DNA of 32,000 nt, from the NCBI GenBank assembly GCA_964543385.1, contig CAZIYE010000001.1, positions 420,001-452,000 of the forward strand. The letters run 5' to 3'. This DNA is from an uncultured Candidatus Saccharibacteria bacterium (GTDB taxonomy: Bacteria; Patescibacteriota; UBA1384; XYA2-FULL-43-10; 1-14-0-10-43-13). A model generated the notes under the pieces. The model ran no database searches. It was not told where the DNA came from and worked only from the letters and a program-made list of their open reading frames with translations. Shown piece by piece: positions 1-6,907 of this stretch. A program made the position numbers and the translations under genes. Within the stretch, counting starts at the first letter, position 1, and every line of letters begins with the position of its first letter.

Positions 1-193
1 TCTCCTCAGGCTCACAGCCGGCAAAGAAGCTAACGAATCGGCGCCCATCATCTATTATTTTCCTCGCCTCCTGACCGACAGAATGAATTGATGAAGGATT
101 GCCAAAATATTTCGAATTTACATCGTTTATTGTCTGAACCACCTCTTTTGCGACTTGAGTCGTCGCAGCGTTGTCTAAATATATTCTATCCAT
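1..193 (-). CDS. iscS: Cysteine desulfurase (NifS/IscS family), N-terminal fragment, runs off the left edge
   Basis: Manual minus-strand translation from ATG at 193: MDRIYLDNAATTQVAKEVVQTINDVNSKYFGNPSSIHSVGQEARKIIDDGRRFVSFFAGCEPEE. This matches the typical NifS/IscS N-terminus (IYLDNAATT...FGNPSSIHSxGQEAR). It is not in the ORF track because it is short and truncated. Confidence 0.92.
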   Translation of the reverse strand, partial: MDRIYLDNAATTQVAKEVVQTINDVNSKYFGNPSSIHSVGQEARKIIDDGRRFVSFFAGCEPEE

Positions 194-216
194 AAAAACT
201 CTATGATTTAATCAAC

Positions 217-426
217 CTACTCATTAATCTTTTTAGCTATTTTTCTTAAATCCTGCAAACAGGCTTTGCAGCCAGAACCAGAGATTAAATTTTCAAATTC
301 CTCTTTTGAAACGAGATAAGCAACCGACTTTGAATACCTATTAACTTCATAAATTTCCCCTGCTTCAACTTCCTTAATAATTTTCGAAAGGTGATTTTGT
401 AATTCGTTTGTAGTAATTTTTTTCAT
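217..426 (-). CDS. Phd/YefM-type antitoxin-like protein, 69 aa
   Basis: ORF MKKITTNELQNHLSKIIKEVEAGEIYEVNRYSKSVAYLVSKEEFENL... has the Phd/YefM N-terminal pattern (T..L...L..ii..V..GE...v.r..k.vA.lvs.eef). No toxin ORF is adjacent; the next gene downstream is the cysteine desulfurase. Confidence 0.65.
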   Translation of the reverse strand: MKKITTNELQNHLSKIIKEVEAGEIYEVNRYSKSVAYLVSKEEFENLISGSGCKACLQDLRKIAKKINE

Positions 427-440
427 ATATGTTTATGGTT

Positions 441-488
441 ATGTAATATAACAAGTAATATAACAAGTAATATAACAAGTAATATAAC
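441..488. repeat. 12-bp tandem repeat, 4 units (ATGTAATATAAC then 3x AAGTAATATAAC)
   Basis: Direct reading: atgtaatataac aagtaatataac aagtaatataac aagtaatataac, immediately upstream of the minus-strand antitoxin start. Confidence 0.95.
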
Positions 489-530
489 ATTTAAGGAATT
501 GCCTGTCAATTAGTAAACATAAAACGAAAA

Positions 531-566
531 CGAGCCCTGGTACATCATGTACACAGGGCCCGCTCG
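531..566 (-). terminator. Intrinsic terminator of the amidase cassette
   Basis: Minus strand CGAGCGGGCCCTGTGTACATGATGTACCAGGGCTCG followed by TTTTCGTTTT; paired arms GCCCTG/CAGGGC and GTACAT/ATGTAC. Confidence 0.8.
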
Positions 567-595
567 GATTTTTGACCTGAGCGCGAACGCCCGGG

Positions 596-1756
596 TCATC
601 TCCCACTTCCTTTGTTCAGCTCCACCAGCGGTCCGATGACCACCTTCTGGAGCATGATCCTACGATTCTCGGGGTTCCGCAGCCTCCAGCTGTCTCCTCC
701 CAGGAATCGGCGCTGCTCAGCAGCAGACAGCCCCTTCCAGCGTGGATCCTTCGCCTGAGCGGCGATCTCAGCATCGCTGTTTGGGACGCCGCACTCGAGT
801 AGCACCTTGTTCTCGATCGTGTTATAACCACCGAGAACATCGAAGGTCTTTGCTAAAGTGCAGTTGACTGGCTTGCCGAACCGTTTCCGGCCATAGCCCT
901 GATCAAGCAGAACATTCTCGATCAGTCCGGCCAGTTGTCCAGTGTTACCTCGTCGGTGACACTCACGCAGCCCTGACCAACCATTGCTACCCAACGAGTC
1001 CACATGGAGCTCGACGAATGCACTAGTGGTACAGTTCTGGTGATCAGACTGGGCTTGGGCAGCAGCTTTCGCTCGGTCGACTGTGTCAGAGGAGTTCTGC
1101 ATGGGGTTTCCCCCATATAAGACAGCCTCTTTTGGCAACGGCAGAGGATCTTTTGGCCCAGTCACCTGGTCCATTGATTCAGCCTCGGCCGCATATACCA
1201 CAGTCGCACCGAGAGCTTCAGCCATCAGGCCAAGCTCACGCGCCATCCGATAGGTATAGGCGGCTTCCCAGTAGGCTTCTCCGTCGAATACCCAAGAGCA
1301 TCCGACGTCGAGACCATAACTGGTTACAGCATCACGGCCACCATGACCGGGGCTAACGACCAGCAACTGACCCAATAGGGCGTTCTGGCCATATTGCGCT
1401 ACGATTGCCCTACGCTCTGCTTCGGAGAAGCTGAGTTTGGGGCCTCGGGGCAGAAGTTTGCCAAGGCCTTGCGGCTCCTGGGGCTCCTGCACAGTCGTGC
1501 CGGGCTTTACAGCCGGCTTGTGCTGGTTCCACGGGTGCCACAAGAGCACGCCGAGAACCAACAACAGGAAAAGACTTGCCATGATAACGCCGAAGCGGTT
1601 CTTAGCATAGTTTTCTGCATAGGAACTACCGAACCCTGCAAAGAACGCAATGACTGCCGCCATCAGGGCTTCGAGGACCATCCACAGGCCCTGCAAAAAT
1701 GCGAGGGCTTTGGGGTGGCGGCGCCCGAAGGTCGCCCAACGCTGTTGAATCCGCAT
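596..1756 (-). CDS. Membrane-anchored N-acetylmuramoyl-L-alanine amidase-like (Amidase_3-like) protein
   Basis: Two N-terminal hydrophobic segments, then VVSPGHGGRDAVTSYG, an AFVELHVDSLGSNGWSG segment and a VLLECGVPNSDAE segment resembling the Zn-amidase fold. Preferred start MRIQQRW at 1756 behind SD AAAGGAG; the ORF track starts at 1783. Confidence 0.6.
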   Translation of the reverse strand: MRIQQRWATFGRRHPKALAFLQGLWMVLEALMAAVIAFFAGFGSSYAENYAKNRFGVIMASLFLLLVLGVLLWHPWNQHKPAVKPGTTVQEPQEPQGLGKLLPRGPKLSFSEAERRAIVAQYGQNALLGQLLVVSPGHGGRDAVTSYGLDVGCSWVFDGEAYWEAAYTYRMARELGLMAEALGATVVYAAEAESMDQVTGPKDPLPLPKEAVLYGGNPMQNSSDTVDRAKAAAQAQSDHQNCTTSAFVELHVDSLGSNGWSGLRECHRRGNTGQLAGLIENVLLDQGYGRKRFGKPVNCTLAKTFDVLGGYNTIENKVLLECGVPNSDAEIAAQAKDPRWKGLSAAEQRRFLGGDSWRLRNPENRRIMLQKVVIGPLVELNKGSGR

Positions 1757-1849
1757 GATTTTTCTCCTTTTCAGAGCTGCCACGTGCGGTTGGACAGCTC
1801 AAGTGTTCTTCTCGCCGGATGTGTAGAATTTCCAGCGTAGACTAGGTAT

Positions 1850-1878
1850 ATTATAGCATTTTTATATATAAAAGTCAA
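1850..1878 (-). promoter_or_regulatory. Sigma70-type promoter for the amidase gene
   Basis: Minus strand TTGACT-17 nt-TATAAT (plus coordinates: -35 1873-1878, -10 1850-1855). Confidence 0.8.
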
Positions 1879-1888
1879 TGGTAAAACA

Positions 1889-1917
1889 TTGACAAATAGC
1901 TAATATAGTGATAAAGT
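1889..1917 (+). promoter_or_regulatory. Sigma70-type promoter for the 1971 ORF, divergent with the previous promoter
   Basis: TTGACA-17 nt-TAAAGT; predicted mRNA 5' end is followed by hairpin GTCGATCA-ATCC-TGATcCGAC (1923-1943) and SD AAGGAGGG. Confidence 0.7.
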
Positions 1918-1970
1918 AGCGAGTCGATCAATCCTGATCCGACAACTCTGACACACAGAAGGAGGGCAAC

Positions 1971-3035
1971 ATGCCCCGAAACTCTCGCAGAACACGTCGT
2001 CGTCGTTTACTCATCGCCAATTTGGTGATGTTGGGCCTGATTGTCCTTGCTTTTACTGCCATACTCATTTGGCGGCATTGCAATGACAAAAAGGTTACGA
2101 CCCCGACACCTAAACCCCCCAAGACCGCCGAGGTTTTCCTTTGGATCTGGCAGATAGAGGAAGCCAAGGAAGTCTGCGGTGGAAGTCTGCAAGGGATTGT
2201 AGACAAATGTAAGGAGAATGGAATCTCCGGCCTGATCGTTTGTTCCAATCGCGGAGGCGAATGGTTCAACGATCGAGATGAGTTCGGCAAACTCCGCGAA
2301 ATTGCGGACGAAAATGAGCTCATTTTCATGGGTTATGGACGTTTCCTCGCCAAAGATCCCCCGGCAGAGATGCTGAGAACGATCGAGGCGATCCAGGACG
2401 GAGCCGATGGTTTCATCTTCGACATGGAAGCCGAATATGAAACCCCTGAGGGAGCCGAAAAAGCAAGTGCCGTCGTCGCAAACGTCAAGCGTTGGTGTGA
2501 AACCAACGCGCCTGACGTAGTCGATATGCTCGGCTACAGCTCCTTCGGTCTGCCAAGCAGGCACCCCAACTTCCCAACAGAAGAATTGGATGAGCTCTGC
2601 GGTTTCTCCGCACCCCAGTGGTACACCACCAGCTGGGCAAAGACTCAGGGCTGGTCCCTCAAAGAGAGCCAAGAGAAAATCCGCAAAGAGTTCTCTGAGC
2701 CAGGAAATGCATACGCGCCTGTCCTCCAGGCCTATGGCAAAAATAGTGGCTACGAGTACGTCACCCCCGACGAACTCAAAGCCATGCTCAAATTCTCCGG
2801 TGAGATGGAGTTCACAACCTTCGTCTCAATCTTCCGCCTGGAGCTCATGGATGACGAGCACTGGCAGACGATTAGGGAGTACACTGGCGCGAATAAACGC
2901 CAGAACAAAGCACGAGACCGGCTGGATAGCCGGTCTCGTTTCTATTATGTATCAATTTTGTCATTGCGTCTGTCGCGGTTGTCATTCCAGCTTGTAAGCT
3001 TGAGAGCTGGAATCCAGGAGTTTGTTTACTTATAA
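1971..3035 (+). CDS. Membrane-anchored putative TIM-barrel glycoside-hydrolase-like protein; C-terminus uncertain
   Basis: Basic N-terminus plus one TM segment (LLIANLVMLGLIVLAFTAILIW), then VFLWIWQIEEAKEVCGG...GISGLIVCSN...LIFMGYGRF...GADGFIFDMEAEYE..., which resembles a barrel with acidic motifs. The last ~40 codons run through a terminator hairpin and a REP-like element. Confidence 0.5.
   Translation: MPRNSRRTRRRRLLIANLVMLGLIVLAFTAILIWRHCNDKKVTTPTPKPPKTAEVFLWIWQIEEAKEVCGGSLQGIVDKCKENGISGLIVCSNRGGEWFNDRDEFGKLREIADENELIFMGYGRFLAKDPPAEMLRTIEAIQDGADGFIFDMEAEYETPEGAEKASAVVANVKRWCETNAPDVVDMLGYSSFGLPSRHPNFPTEELDELCGFSAPQWYTTSWAKTQGWSLKESQEKIRKEFSEPGNAYAPVLQAYGKNSGYEYVTPDELKAMLKFSGEMEFTTFVSIFRLELMDDEHWQTIREYTGANKRQNKARDRLDSRSRFYYVSILSLRLSRLSFQLVSLRAGIQEFVYL
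2913..2943 (+). terminator. Terminator-like hairpin
   Basis: CGAGACCGGCT-GGAT-AGCCGGTCTCG, 11-bp perfect stem, followed by TTTCT. Confidence 0.75.
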
Positions 3036-3084
3036 ATAGCCTGGATACCCGGGTCATGGCGTTGCCTGTCCAAGTATGACAAAA
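2956..3084. repeat. REP/MITE-like palindromic element, 129 bp
   Basis: Perfect 9-bp terminal inverted repeats TTTTGTCAT (2956-2964)/ATGACAAAA (3076-3084). Internal ATTCCAGCT (2984-2992)/AGCTGGAAT (3005-3013) and CCAGG (3014-3018)/CCTGG (3040-3044). Resembles the widespread GTCATTCC...GGAATCCAG dispersed-repeat style. Confidence 0.7.
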
Positions 3085-3116
3085 AAGTGTTTTCTACGTT
3101 CTGCTTACTAGTTTGC

Positions 3117-3908
3117 TTATTTTATCCCAAAGAATTTCATCGCCTTTTTAGTCGTCTCCTGCTCCACCTCAGCCAGAGAAATACCCTTTATCTCAGCAAT
3201 TTTTTTTGCGGTCTCTGTCACGTAAGATGGCTCATTTCTCTTGCCGCGATATGGCTCTGGAGCAATATATGGACAATCGGTCTCAATCATCATAGAACCT
3301 AGAGGGATTTTCTTTACTGCCTTGAGTGTATCAGGAGTTGCATTTTTAAATGTAATCGTACCGGTAAATGAAATTGCAAAACCAAGATCGAGAATTTTTT
3401 CTGCAAAATCCCAATCTCCCGAGAAACAATGCATCACTGCCCTGAGCTGACCATGATAAGATTTCAATATTCCAAGTATGTCGGCATCTGCTTCTCTGCT
3501 ATGAATAATAGCTGGCAATCCCGTCTCCAGCGCCAAATCAAGCATCTGTTCAAAACAAAAAATCTGTTCATCACGAGTAGGATAGTCTGCATATTTGCTT
3601 GACCTCTTCAAAAAATAATAATCAAGTCCTATCTCTCCTACTGCTACCACCTTTTCGTGATTAGAAAAAGTAATCATTTTCCCCTTTGATTCAATATCGA
3701 GATCTTTTGCACAGTGAGGATGAAAACCAACTGTCGCATAAACTTCAGGATATTTTCTCGCCAGGTCCAGAGACTGCTTCGAGCTATCTAGATCAACCCC
3801 CACATTAATGATTCTTTCTACTCTTGCTTCTTTGGCACGACCAAGAACCGCAGGCACTTCTGTCTTGAATTCTGGGAAGTTTAAATGAGCATGGGTATCT
3901 ATAAACAT
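3117..3908 (-). CDS. tatD: TatD-family metal-dependent hydrolase/DNase
   Basis: MFIDTHAHLNFPEF...GEIGLDYY...FEQMLDLALETGLPAIIHSREAD...MHCFSGD...METDCPYIAPEPYRGKRNEPSYV: canonical TatD motifs. Confidence 0.95.
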   Translation of the reverse strand: MFIDTHAHLNFPEFKTEVPAVLGRAKEARVERIINVGVDLDSSKQSLDLARKYPEVYATVGFHPHCAKDLDIESKGKMITFSNHEKVVAVGEIGLDYYFLKRSSKYADYPTRDEQIFCFEQMLDLALETGLPAIIHSREADADILGILKSYHGQLRAVMHCFSGDWDFAEKILDLGFAISFTGTITFKNATPDTLKAVKKIPLGSMMIETDCPYIAPEPYRGKRNEPSYVTETAKKIAEIKGISLAEVEQETTKKAMKFFGIK

Positions 3909-3918
3909 AAATAAATCC

Positions 3919-4761
3919 TTATTTCATCAGGGTAGAATAGATTATACACAAAACAACGACTGCAGCACAAACAATATCTCTTTTAAAATTCCTGTGCTCG
4001 TTGAAATAAAAATATGAGGCCAAATAAGTAATGATCGGGGTTAACAATAATATCATAGTTGTCAGAACAACGCCGATCTGCTGAAAAGCATAGTATTTTA
4101 GAATCATTACTCCAGTTCCAAACATAGCAGATATTACGAGACTACGAACTATCGGCTTTATTAATAATAGTTTCATATCTGGTTTATAAATAGTAAAAAA
4201 GACAATCGCCAAAATCAAAACCCTTATAAAATAAAGAAGTGGGGGCGAATAAAAATTTAATAGTTGTCGAAGTGCAACCGACTCAATGGCAATTAATACA
4301 ACAGCCAATAATGTTCTTTTGGCACTTTTACTGACCTGAAAATGGTGTTTCTTAATTCGAGAGAGGAACAACGCCAAACTGGAAGCTATTCCTGCTATAA
4401 AAATATGAAAATTACGCTCTACTGGCAAAAACACAGCCGCTAACAACACAGTGGCAAGTGGTACCATTAATATAATTGTCTCATATTCATGCAATGGCTC
4501 AGTCTGCAAACTCTTGGCAAGTAGAATATTCCAAAGAGCAGCACATGCAACCATTATCAGGAATAAAATAATATATTTGAAAGAAAAAGCCTGATGATCC
4601 AGATGATAATTGACTGGAATCAAAAAAAGCGAAAGAATCGTCAATATAGAGAAAATAAAGGGAAGGTAGTCCTTCACCGGTAATTTCAATCTAGCCAAAA
4701 GGTATTTATTTGAAATATCCCCACCAGAACCGCTGATAGCTGCTAATATAGCCTGTAGCAC
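3919..4761 (-). CDS. EamA/DMT-like membrane permease
   Basis: 280 aa with about 9-10 hydrophobic segments in a two-half arrangement; late motif TTMILLLTPIITYLASYFYFNEHRNFKRDIVCAAVVVLCIIY. Confidence 0.65.
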   Translation of the reverse strand: MLQAILAAISGSGGDISNKYLLARLKLPVKDYLPFIFSILTILSLFLIPVNYHLDHQAFSFKYIILFLIMVACAALWNILLAKSLQTEPLHEYETIILMVPLATVLLAAVFLPVERNFHIFIAGIASSLALFLSRIKKHHFQVSKSAKRTLLAVVLIAIESVALRQLLNFYSPPLLYFIRVLILAIVFFTIYKPDMKLLLIKPIVRSLVISAMFGTGVMILKYYAFQQIGVVLTTMILLLTPIITYLASYFYFNEHRNFKRDIVCAAVVVLCIIYSTLMK

Positions 4762-4866
4762 TGTCCCTCCCGAACTTTATTGAGTAATATAAATCTTAAA
4801 TTTCTAAGTTGACAATAATTCTTTCCTGTTGTGATTCGTATTATTTGTCTAATTCGTCATCCGTTG

Positions 4867-6273
4867 TTATTTGTCTAATCTTGGAAAAAGAGGCTCTGGT
4901 TCTAAAGTCTCAAGTTGCTTTTTCATCTTTTGCGCGGTCTCAGGCATAAACGGATCAATCATATCCGAAATAATCGCCAACTTTAAATAAGCATTCGTGA
5001 GGACTTCTGCTAGCTCTTCCGCTTTGTTCTCTTTCGCCAAAATCCAAGGCTGTTTATCTGCAATATATTTATTTGTCGAGATCGCTAAATCGTCAATCTT
5101 TTTAATTGCTCCCATAAAATCCAGCGATCCGATTTCTTTATCTAGGTTCATCGTCTCGTCTTTTATGGCCGAATTTTGGCTTTTAACCTCTACTTCATAC
5201 TTATTGATCATAGAGATGGTTCTTTGAACAAGATTGCCGACGTTATTGGCTAGATTAGAATACTGACTAGCAATTTTCTCCTCGGAGATGTCGCCATCTT
5301 CGCCAAATGGGAATTCTCGAAGCAATGCGTACCGCACTGCATCAACACCAAATTTATCCACTAAATCATTAGGGTTTAAAACGTTACCAATAGTTTTGCT
5401 CATCTTTTGATTACCAACCGTGAAGAAGCCATGGGCAAATACATTCTTTGGCAGTGCTAAACCAAGAGCCATAAGCATAGCCGGCCAAATCACTGCATGA
5501 AACCACAAGATATCCTTAGCCATGAGGTGCAAATTTGCTGGCCAGAATTCATCTTTCTTATACAACTTCGTTGCAGTATAGTAGTTCAACAATGCATCAA
5601 TCCAGACATAGATAGTTTGGCTATCGTCTTCTGGGAACTTAACTCCCCACTCTACTGCTGCTCTAGAAATAGAAATGTCCTCGAGTCCAAGCTTTATTTT
5701 ACCGACTATCTCATTCTTTCTTGACTCGGGACCAATCTCAAATTCGCCAGACTCAATCTTCTCCAAAATCTTCTCACCAAATTGCGACAGTTTAAAAAAG
5801 TAGTTCTCCTCCGTCTGTCGCACTGGTTCTTTTAGGTGGTCTGGACATTTGCCGTCTACTAATTCGGACTCTTTCAAAAACTTTTCACAGCCAACACAAT
5901 AAAGGCCTTCATAGCTTCTTTTCTCTACAAAACCCTTGTCTTTTAGATTTTGGACAAATTCCTGTACCTGTTTCTCATGATCAGGGTTAGTCGTTCTAAA
6001 GAACTCATCGTAAGATATATTGAGATTTTTCCAGGCTTCTTTGAACTTAGGCTCAAGCTCATCTACGAAATCTTGCGGTGATTTTCCGGCCTTCGTCGCA
6101 GCTTCAGCAATCTTTGCTCCATGCTCGTCTGTACCGGTTAGAAAAAAAACCTCATCACCTTTCTTGCGATGATAACGTGCGAGAACATCTGCTGCCACCG
6201 TCGTATAAGCGTGCCCAATATGCGGAACATCATTTATATAATAGATCGGGGTTGTAATATAATATTTACTCAT
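4867..6273 (-). CDS. metG: Methionyl-tRNA synthetase
   Basis: YYITTPIYYINDVPHIGHAYTT (HIGH-type motif), FLTGTDEHG, WPAMLMALGLALPKNVFAHGFFTVGNQKMSKTIGNV (KMSKS-type motif). Confidence 0.97.
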   Translation of the reverse strand: MSKYYITTPIYYINDVPHIGHAYTTVAADVLARYHRKKGDEVFFLTGTDEHGAKIAEAATKAGKSPQDFVDELEPKFKEAWKNLNISYDEFFRTTNPDHEKQVQEFVQNLKDKGFVEKRSYEGLYCVGCEKFLKESELVDGKCPDHLKEPVRQTEENYFFKLSQFGEKILEKIESGEFEIGPESRKNEIVGKIKLGLEDISISRAAVEWGVKFPEDDSQTIYVWIDALLNYYTATKLYKKDEFWPANLHLMAKDILWFHAVIWPAMLMALGLALPKNVFAHGFFTVGNQKMSKTIGNVLNPNDLVDKFGVDAVRYALLREFPFGEDGDISEEKIASQYSNLANNVGNLVQRTISMINKYEVEVKSQNSAIKDETMNLDKEIGSLDFMGAIKKIDDLAISTNKYIADKQPWILAKENKAEELAEVLTNAYLKLAIISDMIDPFMPETAQKMKKQLETLEPEPLFPRLDK

Positions 6274-6368
6274 AGATTGATCTTACCAGATTATATATAA
6301 GCTTCCAAGATGATAAAAGTAGAAGACAGAATAAGATTGATTTAATTGAGAGAAAAGCTGCAATTTAT

Positions 6369-6397
6369 TTGACTTTTATAACATTTTATTGTATATT
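6369..6397 (+). promoter_or_regulatory. Sigma70-type promoter for the lipoprotein gene
   Basis: TTGACT-17 nt-TATATT, followed by a structured leader. Confidence 0.7.
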
Positions 6398-6408
6398 ATA
6401 CATATCAT

Positions 6409-6451
6409 CTCCCACATGGGAGTGCAAGGAGGTAGCTCCCATGAGAGCTAC
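6409..6451 (+). promoter_or_regulatory. Structured 5' leader with mutually exclusive stems and an AUG-containing hairpin loop
   Basis: CTCCC(A)/(T)GGGAG (6409-6422), SD AAGGAGG, then GTAGCTC(6432-6438)-CCATGA-GAGCTAC(6445-6451), with the start codon in the loop. Confidence 0.6.
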
Positions 6452-6848
6452 GACAATACTACTGGCCGCTTTAATCGCCCTTGTCACAATCTCCGGCTGC
6501 GGGATGGTAGAAGATCGCGTCAGGATCAACCCGACAGTCAAATCAGTGTCCATGGACTTCGGGAAGGAGGTGTTGCATATTAAGGTAGCTCCCTATGATT
6601 CCAACATCTACATACTGGGTACCGCCGTGGACTTACCGGACGGAACAACTAGCGCCGTCTCGCTCAACGTCAGCTATTGGAGCGGCTCCGCCCACCAATA
6701 CAACTATGGCGATGCAGCATTCACCTTCTCGCCAGTGGATTTTAAAGCGGTATACCGCTTTAAAATCCGAGTCGAGGGGCCCTCAATCGTCGCTGACGCT
6801 ATTGAGGAAACATGGGAATATCAAGGGGGGCAGTGTATCAAGCTCTGA
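6441..6848 (+). CDS. Small predicted lipoprotein, 135 aa
   Basis: MRATTILLAALIALVTISGCGMVEDRV...: signal peptide with lipobox (TISGC); SD AAGGAGG upstream. Confidence 0.75.
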   Translation: MRATTILLAALIALVTISGCGMVEDRVRINPTVKSVSMDFGKEVLHIKVAPYDSNIYILGTAVDLPDGTTSAVSLNVSYWSGSAHQYNYGDAAFTFSPVDFKAVYRFKIRVEGPSIVADAIEETWEYQGGQCIKL

Positions 6849-6855
6849 ACGCCTT

Positions 6856-6887
6856 CGAGGCGGCCAACCGGCCGCCTCGATTGCATT
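6856..6887 (+). terminator. Intrinsic terminator of the lipoprotein cassette
   Basis: CGAGGCGGCC-AACC-GGCCGCCTCG, 10-bp perfect stem, then ATTGCATTTT. Confidence 0.75.
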
Positions 6888-6907
6888 TTATTGGCTTTGT
6901 ATCTTCT

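Noticed and set aside
441-488. CRISPR array
   Set aside because: Repeats are 12 bp and directly contiguous with no spacers and no cas genes. No other direct-repeat/spacer pattern was seen in the window.
616-840. Antisense/overlapping ORFs in GC-rich blocks (616-840, 922-1116, 1132-1356, 1394-1840, 1928-2329, 2007-2672, 2590-2997, 17610-17819, 17773-18048, 21629-21901, 21705-22352, 22377-22685)
   Set aside because: These are shadow ORFs opposite or out of frame with better-supported genes. Their composition is typical of GC-rich antisense frames and none has a recognisable domain.
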